A stretch of DNA of 64,000 bases from Mytilus edulis (Eukaryota): NCBI RefSeq assembly GCF_963676685.1, contig NC_092350.1, positions 60,512,001-60,576,000 on the forward strand, written 5' to 3'. Of the stretch, positions 36,440 through 49,200 are shown piece by piece (within the stretch, counting starts at the first letter, position 1; every line of letters starts with the position of its first letter). The translations under genes were made by a program, and so were the position numbers. The notes under the pieces were generated by a model. The model had not been told where the DNA came from. It saw nothing but the letters and a program-made list of their open reading frames with translations, and made no database searches.

Positions 36440-36907
36440 GTAATAAATTGATATTAAATATTAAATTTAATGGCAATTATATATGAATAATTTTCAAATT
36501 TACGAAAATTTAACAATATTTTATATGCTTTATTTTAATTATTGCATTTGTAAACTTTAAATTTAATTCACAGTAAATGGTTTAAATCAGAAAAATAAAG
36601 ACATTTGTTCTGCTTTAAATTTCTAATTTTATTAAATTTACTTAAATTTTCCCTAATTAAAATTTCTCATTTAAATAGGTTTACTGTAATTTAAAAGAAA
36701 ATAAATTTTAGATTTATACAACTTTAAAAGTATATGTAAATTGGGTTTATTCTTAAAAGTTTATTGGTTATATTAAACTTAAAGTTAATACGGTGTAAAT
36801 AAGATATTTTCAAATGGATTATACTAATGATAAATTTTGAAATTTTAAATATATATTAGCTTTTATATGGATATAATTTTCTAATAAATGCATCATTTCA
36901 TGCAGTG
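36440..36907. mobile_element. Probable CACTA/EnSpm right end (…CATGCAGTG) with AT-rich subterminal region
   Basis: A ~450-bp stretch rich in AAATTTA/TAAATT ends abruptly in GCATCATTTCATGCAGTG (reverse complement CACTG...). No matching left end seen. Confidence 0.45.
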
Positions 36908-38334
36908 AACAGTCTTGTAAATCATTGAACGTCACAGAGTCATGACATATAAAATTATACATTCTGAGTTTAGCTTTCATAATCTGAAATTAACAATTTT
37001 TAAGCAAAATACATGCAGTTGTCTGATGCGCCTGTCTAGTCCTAGGTACATTTGAACATACATAAAAAAGAATCTGCCGTTCTTGGTTTTGCAATATTGG
37101 CTTCAGTAAGACAACATGACAATCTCCTATCACGCAATATATCAGCCAGAGTTTTATAACAAGTCATTTTAATGTGCAATCCACCAAACATGACGATACA
37201 CTTATATTTTCCTTACAAAATAGGCCATTCCCACTGAATTTGCTAAGGCATTTCCAAAACTGGCTGATCTGCAGTTACATTTGATGTTTCTCCAGATTAA
37301 CTACATTTTCGCCTTCACCATCGAATACCTGAGAATTGCCTGGTAGGGCATACAAACCGCTCTTTATGTCTATAAATAGTTTGCACATGCGCAAAAGTGT
37401 GAAACACATATGTATCATAATCTTGAAAAATGTTATTAAACCAATTCACAATATCATTAGAAATACAAAAACACTAAATATATAGTAAATAGTTCAAATG
37501 ATTTTTGAAAGAATTTTGCTACATTTTTGCGCATGCGCAAATACTGGATATGTCAATTGCTTTTTTTAATAAATATATGATGTAAGGAAGGTAGCCACCA
37601 AACCTTGACATTGGTTTTTACTAAAAGAAGTTCAAAGAAAAGTTTTCCAGAAAAATCAGCATTTTCAAACTAAAGAAAACAGCCATTTTAGAAAATGGCC
37701 GTGGCCATCTTGAAATTTATTTTTTTTTATGGCCAGCAGTTATTTCTTACAAAGTATATAAAAATGATGCTTTGTGGTAATTTTCTTGCTTGTATCATCA
37801 TTTGCACAATTCCCTCGATATTGCTTGCTAATATCTTCCACTAAATTGTTCTGTCTTGACTTGGAGAACGGTTTGTTTACGGAACCGTATGATCCAATTT
37901 TGCCCATAAATCTTCATGAAAACTAGACATATTTGTTTATATTCGAGGTCTGACTTTTTTGTGTGGTTCTGCAAAATATTTCCAGAAATATACAAAAGAA
38001 GCGACAAAAAATCTACGATTCCATTTGAAATGTGCAAGTTTACTTAGTTTCAATAACTGACTTATTGAATGAGAAAGTATTATGGCTTTTAGAAGAAAAA
38101 AATCGTTGTTTATAAGTTGATTGTTTGACGTGATTTGTAATATATACAAAAAGGTAGGATACATAAATCTGCTAACCAATGACACATGCATAAGAGTTTA
38201 GTTGATCATTCACTTCCCTTAATAAAATATTTAAAGCATGAAGTTTTATAAAGCTTACTATTTTATTTCCGTACAAATGACATAAATGAAAAATAAATAT
38301 GCTTAGAGTAGTTGTCAAAATGAAAATCGTGTGA

Positions 38335-38872
38335 AGAATCATTTTTATGTAGATGTTGTGTACAAGTTATAAGTGTTTTATTAACCGCTTAGCACAAATT
38401 GATGATACAAGCACGCAGGGTTTGCACATTTCTGTCATATTTCAGCAACTACAGAATACAGACTAATACAGAGCACTATAAAAATACAACCAGACTTTTC
38501 ATTGATATGACTTTTGTATGAGGAGAAAAATAAAATTAGAATTAAAACCATTCAGTAATCCTCATTTCCAGTTTGAGGACACAGAGAATAGCACTAAATG
38601 TTAGGTTGAAGTTTAGAGATTTAAATTTGAGACATTAAACTGATAAAATTGAGAATGGAAATGGGGAATGTGTCAAAGAGACAACAACCCGACCAAATAA
38701 AAAACAACAGCAGAGGGTCATCAACAGGTCTTCAATGTTACATATTAGAAGATAAACTTTTTTCACCTGATGCAAGAAGGTAAGTATCAATAAAACTTAT
38801 AACTTGTACAAAAACCCTATACAAATTATAATTTTCTACGAACGTTCATCTTGTACACAACATAGATTTTCT
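38335..38872. mobile_element. MITE with nested family B fragment (38642-38738)
   Basis: ATGTTGTGTACAAG(TTATAAGT) on the left; ACTTATAACTTGTACA and CTTGTACACAACAT on the right. Confidence 0.55.
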
Positions 38873-39319
38873 AACAAAAACCCTAATGACTCCCTTATAA
38901 CATGTTCTTTGTATAATTACATAATTGTCGTCACGCTTTAGAATCCTCAAATCATTTCCTTTATTTTCTTAAAAAGACCCAATATATACAGTAGTCACTT
39001 GTTTGTTGCAGACCATTATGTCTCCTTTAGATATAAATGTCAATATAATAACTGCTTATTTATTTATCGGAATGACTAAATATAATTGTCTGAATTAAAC
39101 AGTCAAGAAACTGGATATAAGAATATATATATTGTGTCTGGTCATTATTGTTTCAAATCGACCTCCTTGTTTTCCATTATTTTTAAATTAAAAATATCAA
39201 ATTCTGCTTTTCAGTACAATTTCAGCAACCAATTCAAGTAATATAATTTATTCTATTAGTGTCATATCTGTCACTTTTTGTGTTAAAGATAGTTTTAAAG
39301 CAATAGAGGAGTAAGGTAA

Positions 39320-39580
39320 CAAAGGAACCTGTTGTTCATGGTTGTTATTTGTTGGCTTGGTTCATATTCTCGTTTCTCAATTATTATATTGACAAGACCA
39401 TTGGTTTTCCTGTTTGAATTTATTTTACATGTGTAATTTGGGGCCCTCTCTAGCTTGCCGGTCGGTTTGAGCCGAAGTTCCGTTGAAGGACTTGCTTTGG
39501 TCAATAATTGTTAATTTTTTGTACATTGTGAATTAGATGGAGAATTGTCTCATTGACACCCATACCACATAATCTTATTT
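39320..39580 (-). repeat. Dispersed SINE-like repeat family A
   Basis: GGGGCCC..TAGCTTG..GATGGAGAATTGTCTCATTG..CATACCACAT. Confidence 0.6.
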
Positions 39581-39865
39581 TGTCTTCAAACTCACAGGTA
39601 GAACATAAACTTCCAACGCCATGACAAAACAATAAACGACAAACAAACCCAACATAGAAAATCAAACACGGAACCCACCAAAAGTTATAAAGTGTTAGCA
39701 GATCTTACTCTAAATATGAAACAGAAAGTCCCAAATCAAATGGTAAAACAAAAGCCCAAATACATAAAACGACAGGATAACAACTATCATGTTCCTAACT
39801 TGGTACAGACATTTTTGTATGAAGATAATGGTGGACTTAACCTTGTGTTATACATGAATCAATCA

Positions 39866-40185
39866 AATTAAGGTCATCACTCAAGAAATTTTACGGTCGC
39901 CATCATGATCTGATTGGCCATTATGACAAAAGTGTGTCAGAAATCATATCTGATATTCTTCTTCAGTCATAATAACCTTCCATCATTACCAGACTGAACA
40001 AAGAAATAACACGACGGGTGCCGTATACGGTGCAAGAAATGCTTATCATTCCGGAGCACCTGATTTCACTCCCGGTTTTAGTGGAGTTCTTGTTGTTTCT
40101 TATTTATTATTTATAACTGTTGATGTACATGTCTTTTGGTTTAACGAGTCTTTGTTTACTCCTTGGTTTTGATTGTTATTGTCTT
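39866..40185 (+). mobile_element. Extreme 3' fragment of a second Penelope-like element (RT C-terminus + structured 3' UTR)
   Basis: Translates LRSSLKKFYGRHHDLIGHYDKSVSEIISDILLQS*, followed by AACACGACGGGTGCC...TTCCGGAGCACCTGA, which is shared with family C. Confidence 0.7.
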
Positions 40186-40273
40186 GTAAGCAGGTAAACT
40201 TTGAGATAACAATTTTTATAAGCACATAGATGAAATAAAGATATGGTAAAGGTTAATTGCTCTTGGAACCATG

Positions 40274-43200
40274 TCAAATAAGAAATGATGAGCAGTTATC
40301 ATCTTCATGAAACGAATGGGTCGTTTCTTCATTATTGTCAGATTTGTGCATTAAGGAGCATTCTTTTGTCACCTTATTGTATAATCCAGCACAGCAACCC
40401 ATATGTCCAATGCATTGAGTTGTACACTCAATGATACTCCTGGCAACCATCTTCTGTAGGAATAGACCATTGTAAACTTTACCAGGAAATCCGTAAGCTT
40501 TAGTTGTATATGGATGATATTTTTCTGAAATCAAAATTGTCCCGTTTTACACACATATACATATATATATATAATATAATATAACAAACAACAAAAGAAA
40601 CGTGAACTCGGATCTCTTTCATTGTCATATTTTGAATAATTGCAAAATCAGTTTGAACTTCAAATTTAGATATATTGAAAAGTCGAGAATTTCTTAATCT
40701 GGAAAATAGCATTTTATTTCTTTTTTGTGCTGTGCGGAGTAAACAAATCACCAAATCAATCAAGCAATCATAAATCTCAAGCAATGAATCGTGTATTCAT
40801 TTACTTTACGAGTTCAGAAAAACACCAATCTGTTGACTGCTTACACATAGTTAAATTGGTTCATTAGATAATTTTAATCTGAACCAACAGCTGCATCAAC
40901 GACACGGTGTTGTTGACAAGGGGAGTGTTTCTATGAATACTAGCAGTACTTTTCCAGCTATCTATAATGCAGTTAAAGTAGTGTCCATCATTCTAGTTTT
41001 TATAATCTCCGGTGTTTCCAAAATAACCCCTTAGAATTGTTTTGATGTCAGCCATTTATAACATTAGGAAACGAAACCATAACTGCATTTATACGTACGA
41101 ATTCATACGGTTTTGTAATAGTATACCGTCACAGTGTTTAGTCGTATTGGAAACGCAATCCCAGTCTTTGCTGTTGCATAATCTGAAAACAGCTTTTAAT
41201 TGCGTTATATAGAATGGTACGAGCATAGAACAGAGTTTGGCAGTCGTAGCCTTGACCAGATTGTTTTAAAAGATGTTAGAACTTACTGATTTAAACCGCA
41301 ACCAGTAACAATCAAGTTCATTTCGGAAGTAGAGGAATACAAAGAAGAATACAAGATACACATTATACATATCCACGTTCTATATAACAACAGTGTATGA
41401 TTGTTTCCGTCGAATTTAAATGAAACTCCTACGGTTCAGTTGTCAATGTGAAATATTTATTCAGGTAAGGCAATATTTACAAATATATATTACAACCTTA
41501 GAATATAGCAACTATATATGTATACCACTAATGACTTAAACCGAGGATAACTGATGAAAGCAAATAACATGAATAAGCTAATTTCAAATGGTGGTCCTTA
41601 TAGTCTTGATGATAACATTAATAATGTATTAATCAATTTAACCGTTTAAATTATTCGTAAAAAAGCAATTTAATAAAATATAAAATCTGAATCTGACATT
41701 GAAATTGGTTTTCTCATTAGGTGTTTGGTTTTTTTTTACTTAAATTTCATTTTTGAATTCACATGAAATTTTACAAAATCTAGCAATGTATTTCCGTTTT
41801 GAATACCACTAAAACAGAAAGAAAAATATTATACACCTTTGACATTTGCAACAGATCAATTGTAAGCAGATGTTCTTGTATTTCTATTCAAGGAAGTTCT
41901 TGTAAAATCAGTTTTTAAGTAATTTGGACATTGTTTGATGTGAAAAACATTAAATACTTGATTCAGACGTAGTTGTTATACTCGGTTACAAACCTTCAAT
42001 GATTCATTTTTTTCGAAACCATTTAAAGTGATTCGTTTTTTTCAGAGGAGGATATAGTATAAACTATATAATTTTATTGGTGAAGAACCCGAAGCTTGTC
42101 TTTAAATTTCATGGATTAGCGTTCTTACCAACAAGCACATGCATAATCCATATGGCACTGCCATAATGCAATACAAAATATATTTTTTTAAATTGTTGAG
42201 ACAAATATTCTCTTTATCTTTATAAAAATTCGCTAATTAGCCTTCTTTATAATACTATAAAAAACTGGTTCGTCACATAAAAAATTATACCGAAATATTT
42301 CATATGATTTACTCTCAATTTTAATATGATCTCATACAATGGAAAAATATTTTTCATTAACAATCTGAAGTTTGTCTTTGGTCCAAATTAAAGGCTTGAG
42401 ATAACTAATTACTAGTATCAACCAGTCAATCTTTTCATGATTTCAACATATGTGATAGCTTTCTATTAACTAATTTGATCTGACCGTCTGGCGTATTACA
42501 TTATAAGCCTGGTACATTCTATTTCTAGAAATCAGTTTTGAATATGAATTTAAAAAATGAATAGCCGTACCATCAGCATATGAGAAAACCTTACAATCAG
42601 TATCAATGCTAACTTGTAAATCATTCCCTTAATTGAATGACGTAATTGAATGAAAATAAAAGTGGCCCTAATATACTACCCTGGGAGACACCGTAAGTTA
42701 CATCAAGCACTTCAGACTTTGTTTTGTTTTTTTATTAGAATATGTCTGCATGATCATTTACAAAATATGATTGTACATGCAACAGTAATTTACGATACAA
42801 TTAGTATGATGGTTACATATGTAACATATTTAATTAAAAGATGTAACTTCAAAATTATATAGAAATTGGTTTTTGTAATGTGATTAAAATACAGCATCAC
42901 TAAAGAGGTAATAATTTTAGTGTTGCTGTTTTTATTTTTCAAGTTTAGGCAAACAACGACAGATTTTAGAAATGTTGACGAGTGTGTATTATAAAACAAA
43001 TTTAAAAGCATAGAAGGGACTTAGATTAAGAGATTTGAATACAGGAGATGCAATTTTGAATTCGCTGTTTCAGAATCTAATGCATTCTGGGTAATATTTT
43101 CAAAAATGTACACCAAAACGTCGTGATTGGTTGAAAACGTCCAAAACAATGGAAATTAAGCCAATGAAGTTATTATTTTTATTTTGAGGTACGAACAACG

Positions 43201-46200
43201 AAATTATCCATGATTCTTTAGATTTTGAAAAGGCGATTTTCAAGGACACTTACCTGACATATTTGTAATAAGATCACCATATACTTCTACCTCACAGAGC
43301 GAAAGTTGAAAATCGTTGCTTCGTTTTTTTATCCTGACGAATCTTCCTTTCACATCTGATGGGCATGTTGCATTTAAATATGTTGTACTTGACTGTTGAT
43401 AATGACAATGTGACGTCCTCCCTTTTTGAAAAGATCCCCATTTGTCACAAAAGCATTGAGGGTCTTTTATTACATCAATGTCATAGTTTTGTAACCATTG
43501 TGCTAAAAAAAATTAAAAAAAGAACAAAAACGTGAACATTGCAGCAATTTGTTGAAGTTGCTGTCTCTTGGCAATATGATTCTTATCCTTTTTTTGTCTT
43601 TTATTGTTACTTCGAAAGTGTTAAGACTGAAGTTTCAACCTTATCTTAAAATAATGAACGTGCTTTAACTTTTATCTCGAACTTTCTTATAACTACATTT
43701 AACCTTCGGAGTATCGATATCGCCCTTATTTTTTCGCGGGGTAGGTGTTATTTAGTTTTATTTTTGTCTTGCTATTTATTGTTTTGTTTTTGCTATGGCA
43801 TTGTCAGTTTGTCATCGACTAGACAATTTAAATATATCATTGGTTGTTTCTGCCTCTCTTTTAATGCCAATACAAAACACATATGATACCATCAGTTGAA
43901 GAGCTACTAAAGTACAATATATGAATAACAGTACTATAATATTGTTGAAGAGTAGCCACCGTCAATTGGTAAATTGAAGGTCGCAAATGCAGTTTACTAG
44001 CAACACGTAACGGAAATTTGCAACCGTCAAATTAAAATTGACGGTGGCAACTCTTCAACTACAGTATTTTTATTCGGAATCTTATGCAAAACAAAAAGAA
44101 ATAATACGTTAGAGCTAGAAGAAATGTATAAATTTGAAATAAAATTAAATTTAACAAAACTGAATGACTGATTTTGCCGCAAAGACGTCAAGGCTAAATA
44201 TGACGTCATTCAAATGCAAACTAACAAACTGAAGGTTATTTCGTTACTTCTACCATTCAAATTTGGATCAGGTAGATAATGTTTCATTTTCGATTGAAGT
44301 AATCGAACATTTGTTGATACATGAATTCAAAATGGCGAGTCCGACTGATCAACTGTGGAGTTGATGGTAACTTTGAGTCAATGAAAAATATTGTTTCATA
44401 AAAAATGCATTCAATGAAAGGTGAACATAATTGAAAACACACAAAAGGTTTTGACATGTCCTTTATTTGTGTTTTACTGAAAAGTCTATATTGTGAATTT
44501 TAACGTTAAAATATAAACAATATTTACCATTTAATGTATATATGTATTGATGAAATCATAATCTTTCAGTCAGTTTAGTTGAAGTCTGGAGCTGGCATGT
44601 CAGTTAACTGCTAGTAGTCTGTTGTTATTTATGTATTATTGTCATTTTGTTTATTTTCTTTTAGTTACATCTTCTGACATCAGACTCGGATTTCTCTTGA
44701 ACTGAATTTTAATGTGCGAATTGTCATGCGTTTACTTTACTACATTGGTTGGAGGTATAGGGGAGGGTTGAGATCTCACAAACATGTTTAACCCGCCGCA
44801 TTTTTGCGCCTGTCCCAAGTCAGGAGCCTCTGGTCTTTGTTAGTCTTGTATTATTTTAATTTTAGTTTCTTGTGTACAATTTGGAAATTAGTATGGCGTT
44901 CATTATCACTGGACTAGTATATATTTGTTTAGGGGCCAGCTGAAGGACGCCTCCGGGTGCGGGAATTTCTCGCTACATTGAAGACCTGTTGGTGACCCTC
45001 TGCTGTTGTTTTTTATTTGGGCGGGTTGTTGTCTCTTTGACACATTCCCCATTTCCATTCTCAATTTTATTACTAGTATCTTCAATGTTTTCTGTCCTTC
45101 TACATTGTTATTAATCCTAAGCTTTCAAGTATTTGGCTTTGAGCGTTCCTGAGTAGGATATCCAAGAAAACGCCTCGGACGGATGAAATTTATGAAAAGT
45201 GTTGTTTTCATTTCTCAGAGCAGTTTGAATGCACAGTAGAAATAAATAATAAACTTACTTCTTGGAGTAAATTTTACTCGTCATGTTTCTTTTAAGGTCA
45301 ACTATCTTAAGAAAGAAATTGATGAGACCTATATTTTAGCTTTGAGGTCCGTGCACCCTTTATGATGTAACGGATGACTATGCAACGTTGAAGGTTTAGG
45401 TAGCTATAATCTAGGTTCAATATACCATTTTCTACGTAAGGAAATGCCTGTACCAATTCATGAATATAACAGTTGTTTTACATTCATTAGGTGTATTTGA
45501 GCCTTTGAATATGCAATTTGGTAAGGGTTTTCCGTTTGACTTTATTTTAGGTCAGTATTCTTGTTATTTGACAGTCTTAATATAGGTTAATGTACTCACT
45601 ACAACATGGATGCGTTCTTCCGGTTAAAACAACATGTGTGACTTTGTAATATCCTTTCAGGTCAACTGCCCACCAGCTTAACTCAGTGGTTAAATATGCT
45701 TTTGTATGTGTACATTCAAACTCATTTGATGTGAATTCTATATAGTTTCCATCGACAGCATGTTCAGATGTCCATGGATTGACAGTTGTTAATTGCTTTG
45801 TTGGTTTTCCAAATGCAATGTTATTTTCTAAAATATGCAAGACATTAACAGATGTAATCATACACTTATAACATATTTGACATATTGTAATAAGGTTTAG
45901 CTTTTTTTAATTGAACATGATGACGGTTTAAATAAATAAAATCATAAACAGTCTGGGAAAGTATGATCTTGTGCAAGGCTGCAATGTCAGAATCAAGAGA
46001 TTGAGTAAGTCTCAATAAGAAGCAATATGTTTGAAGTTTGTTGACCTGCAATCAATGTTTAAACATACCAACGAGAACAATATTCAAAGATAAATCAAAT
46101 CAATTAATCAATAACCATTCCACTTTGAACTGATTGTATATACTTTGTAGTTATTTCATCAATAATGGCTACTAAGTATTATCGATTTTTGAATCGGGTT

Positions 46201-49200
46201 TACATGTTTTGATGTTAACATGTAAAAACTATCAAAGTAGTGCGGTAGCATGAAGTATATGTCGGACAATAGTAGTAGTAGCACATCCTAGTATAGAATT
46301 TTACCTTTTGATCATCAAATGACGCTACGTGTCAACCTACGAAATTCAGTTGCAACTTATTTTCATATCAACATAACATATTATTGTAATTAATATGTTT
46401 GTTATGTTGGCAGCAGGAATTTAATCATTATCATTTTATATTTTGGCTCTTTCAAAGGCTAATCACAACTCTGCATAATGAGAGATCTGGCTAACAACCG
46501 AAATCAATTATTTGAGTCATCTCTGTTTTAACCCGAGTAATCCAGTCGTTATATTCCGATCCGATATAACGAGGATAGTCCGTCGGAAGGGGACGATAAA
46601 TGGCTGACTCGGGTTAAGAGAGAATCATATCTCTTGCACGTTAAAGACACCCTTGTAGATTTAAAAAAAAGAGCATGCTAATGCCGCTACAAGGCAGCAC
46701 TCGCACCCGCATAGTGTAAAGGGATTAATATAAGTTGCAAAACTTGTTTCCCAATCCACTATAAATACATATGTTTAAACTAAAACAAAATATTCCGATC
46801 CACTATCGATCGCTCCGTTAACATCGAGAAGGACATTGACCGAAAGAGGGCACTGTATCCTTCGAGTTTTTCGGACCCTATATGTGTCGGCTTTTATAAT
46901 TAATGACATGATATCTCATCCGTTCACTGTCTTTTATTTCAATAAAAATAAGGGTGAAAATGATGTAATGGGGTCGTTCAAAATTCATAAAACAAATGAC
47001 AACGTCATCACAAAAGAGAAAAACGATGTAAAGACAACCAAAACGTTTCAACCAGCCCATTATGTATGTACCTATCTCAAATCAAAAGCCCTTCATTCAG
47101 TGGTTTTCGTTCGTTTCTCTATAAATCTTATTTGTGTTTCGTTCATTATATAGCAGATAAATTAGGCGATTATATTTTCGTTCTTATGTGGTATCGGTTT
47201 TACTCTTTGTTTACTGCCAAACGGTGACCCAACAAACAAGTCCAATAACAACCTTATGTTCATATTAGAAGAAACTACCATTTAAAATCCGACATAGTGT
47301 ATTTGTATCTGCAATAAATATTGTCAAGTGATATATACTTTTTATTCATATGATACTGAAAAGTACAGACTGAGTCTATTTGTTTTATTTTGTCAATTTG
47401 TAAGTCAGATGGTCTAATGAGTCAAAATCTCATTTCGTAATAATTTCCGCTTTTGACTTTTGATTCGTTTTGATTTTGTAATAATAAAAAAACTGCAGGC
47501 TGAAAACATAGGAATCAGCAAGCTATCTAAATAAGAATTTACATTATGATACTAACGACATTAGACGACTTGCTTCATATTTTAATATTTCCCTCGAGTT
47601 TGATACAGAATGACAGCATTAAACTAAATTTTATGACAAATATGATACTAATAACTTCCGAATAACCAAAATAGTCTCTAAAGCATGTAAAGTTTACATG
47701 GCTCAATTGATTACTCATACTGAACAGACTGCATAGGCGTCTTTTTTCTACTAAAAATTGTCAGAGGAAACATTAGTAAAATTGACACTCTAAAATTAGT
47801 TTGGTAGTTATAACGAATTGATTGATCATAAAATAGCAGAATGATTGAAAAATTAGAAAGAAGCTAATTACATGTATGACCATATTCAACGTTTTATTTG
47901 ACATGTGTGAATTCGTTGTAAAATTAGAAAGAAGCTAATTACATGTATGACCATATTCGACGTTTTATTTGACATGTGCGTATTGCGGGTGATGGATGCA
48001 TATCAGGAGGACTTGTCAGGTCTTGTTTGAGCCCATTTGATTCTACACCTGAAAAATCCCCGCATTAAAATATCCACGTATGTGATAGATATAATAATAA
48101 TTGAAATGAAATGTAGGCAAATATGTCATGCAAATCTTCTTTTCTCATGTTTAAAGGGTTATATACCAACAAAATTTGTTTTCGCTTAAAAACATAGGGA
48201 GTGCGAGTTCAGCAAGACAGGGTCATAACAGTTATGCGGAAATGTTATTGTAAAAGTAATATTTTTTTCTAAATATTGTTTTTAAAGAAAAGGGACATAA
48301 TTGGTTATAATAACTGAATGTAGGGCTCAACTATTAAAGGGACACTAACTGCCAAATTGATCTTAACCGGTTAAACTAAATTTCTAATATATGGTTTATA
48401 ACGATGTAAAGCATTTATACAAAGTATCAAAAGTAAAAAATAATGACCCTATAAGCGATGTCAACATTAATAATTTAATTGCAATTGTTGTTTTTTTGTG
48501 GGGTCTGTTTAATTTCATATTATAGATTAAAGATATATGTTTATCGTCGATTTACCTTTATAAGAATGATTTTGTGTATCGAATCAGTCAATCAAATGAT
48601 TTACCTTTGTTTCACTTTCAATATTGGCATTCTTTTCCTTTTGATACCTTTGCACACATAATGCATGCGTTATCGATCTATACGTAACTAACGGTTTAAA
48701 TTGAAGTTCAAATGATTACAGATTCAATGAGGTCGAATTGTTCACTTGCATGTAAATAATTCATCATCAATGTTTCTTAGCTTATTTTGACAAATTTAAA
48801 CCATACTTGCTGCTGAAAGGGGATAATTATTTCACTATTTCACTTGTACTAATGATTGAACAAAAAACATCATATTTAATTTTTTTTAAATCGCGTAGCT
48901 AGTGCACCTTTAATCACGTAGATGAGAAACTTAATGTACTTGAAAAATTTAATTAACAAACAAAGCACCTTTAATGCTGGAAACTCAAATCCCATGATGA
49001 ATGACACGTTTGATTATGGCGAAGTGCTATTATCAAGAAGAACAAATCCATTAATGGGAAACTTTGTCTAATGGAGCTAAAACTGGAATATCAGTATCAT
49101 GGTTTGATAATAAACGGGAAATTTTATATATTTGTTCAAAAAACAATTTCAAGTTGATTTATCATTCGACAGTTATCATAAGATTAGTTTTTCATAAAAT

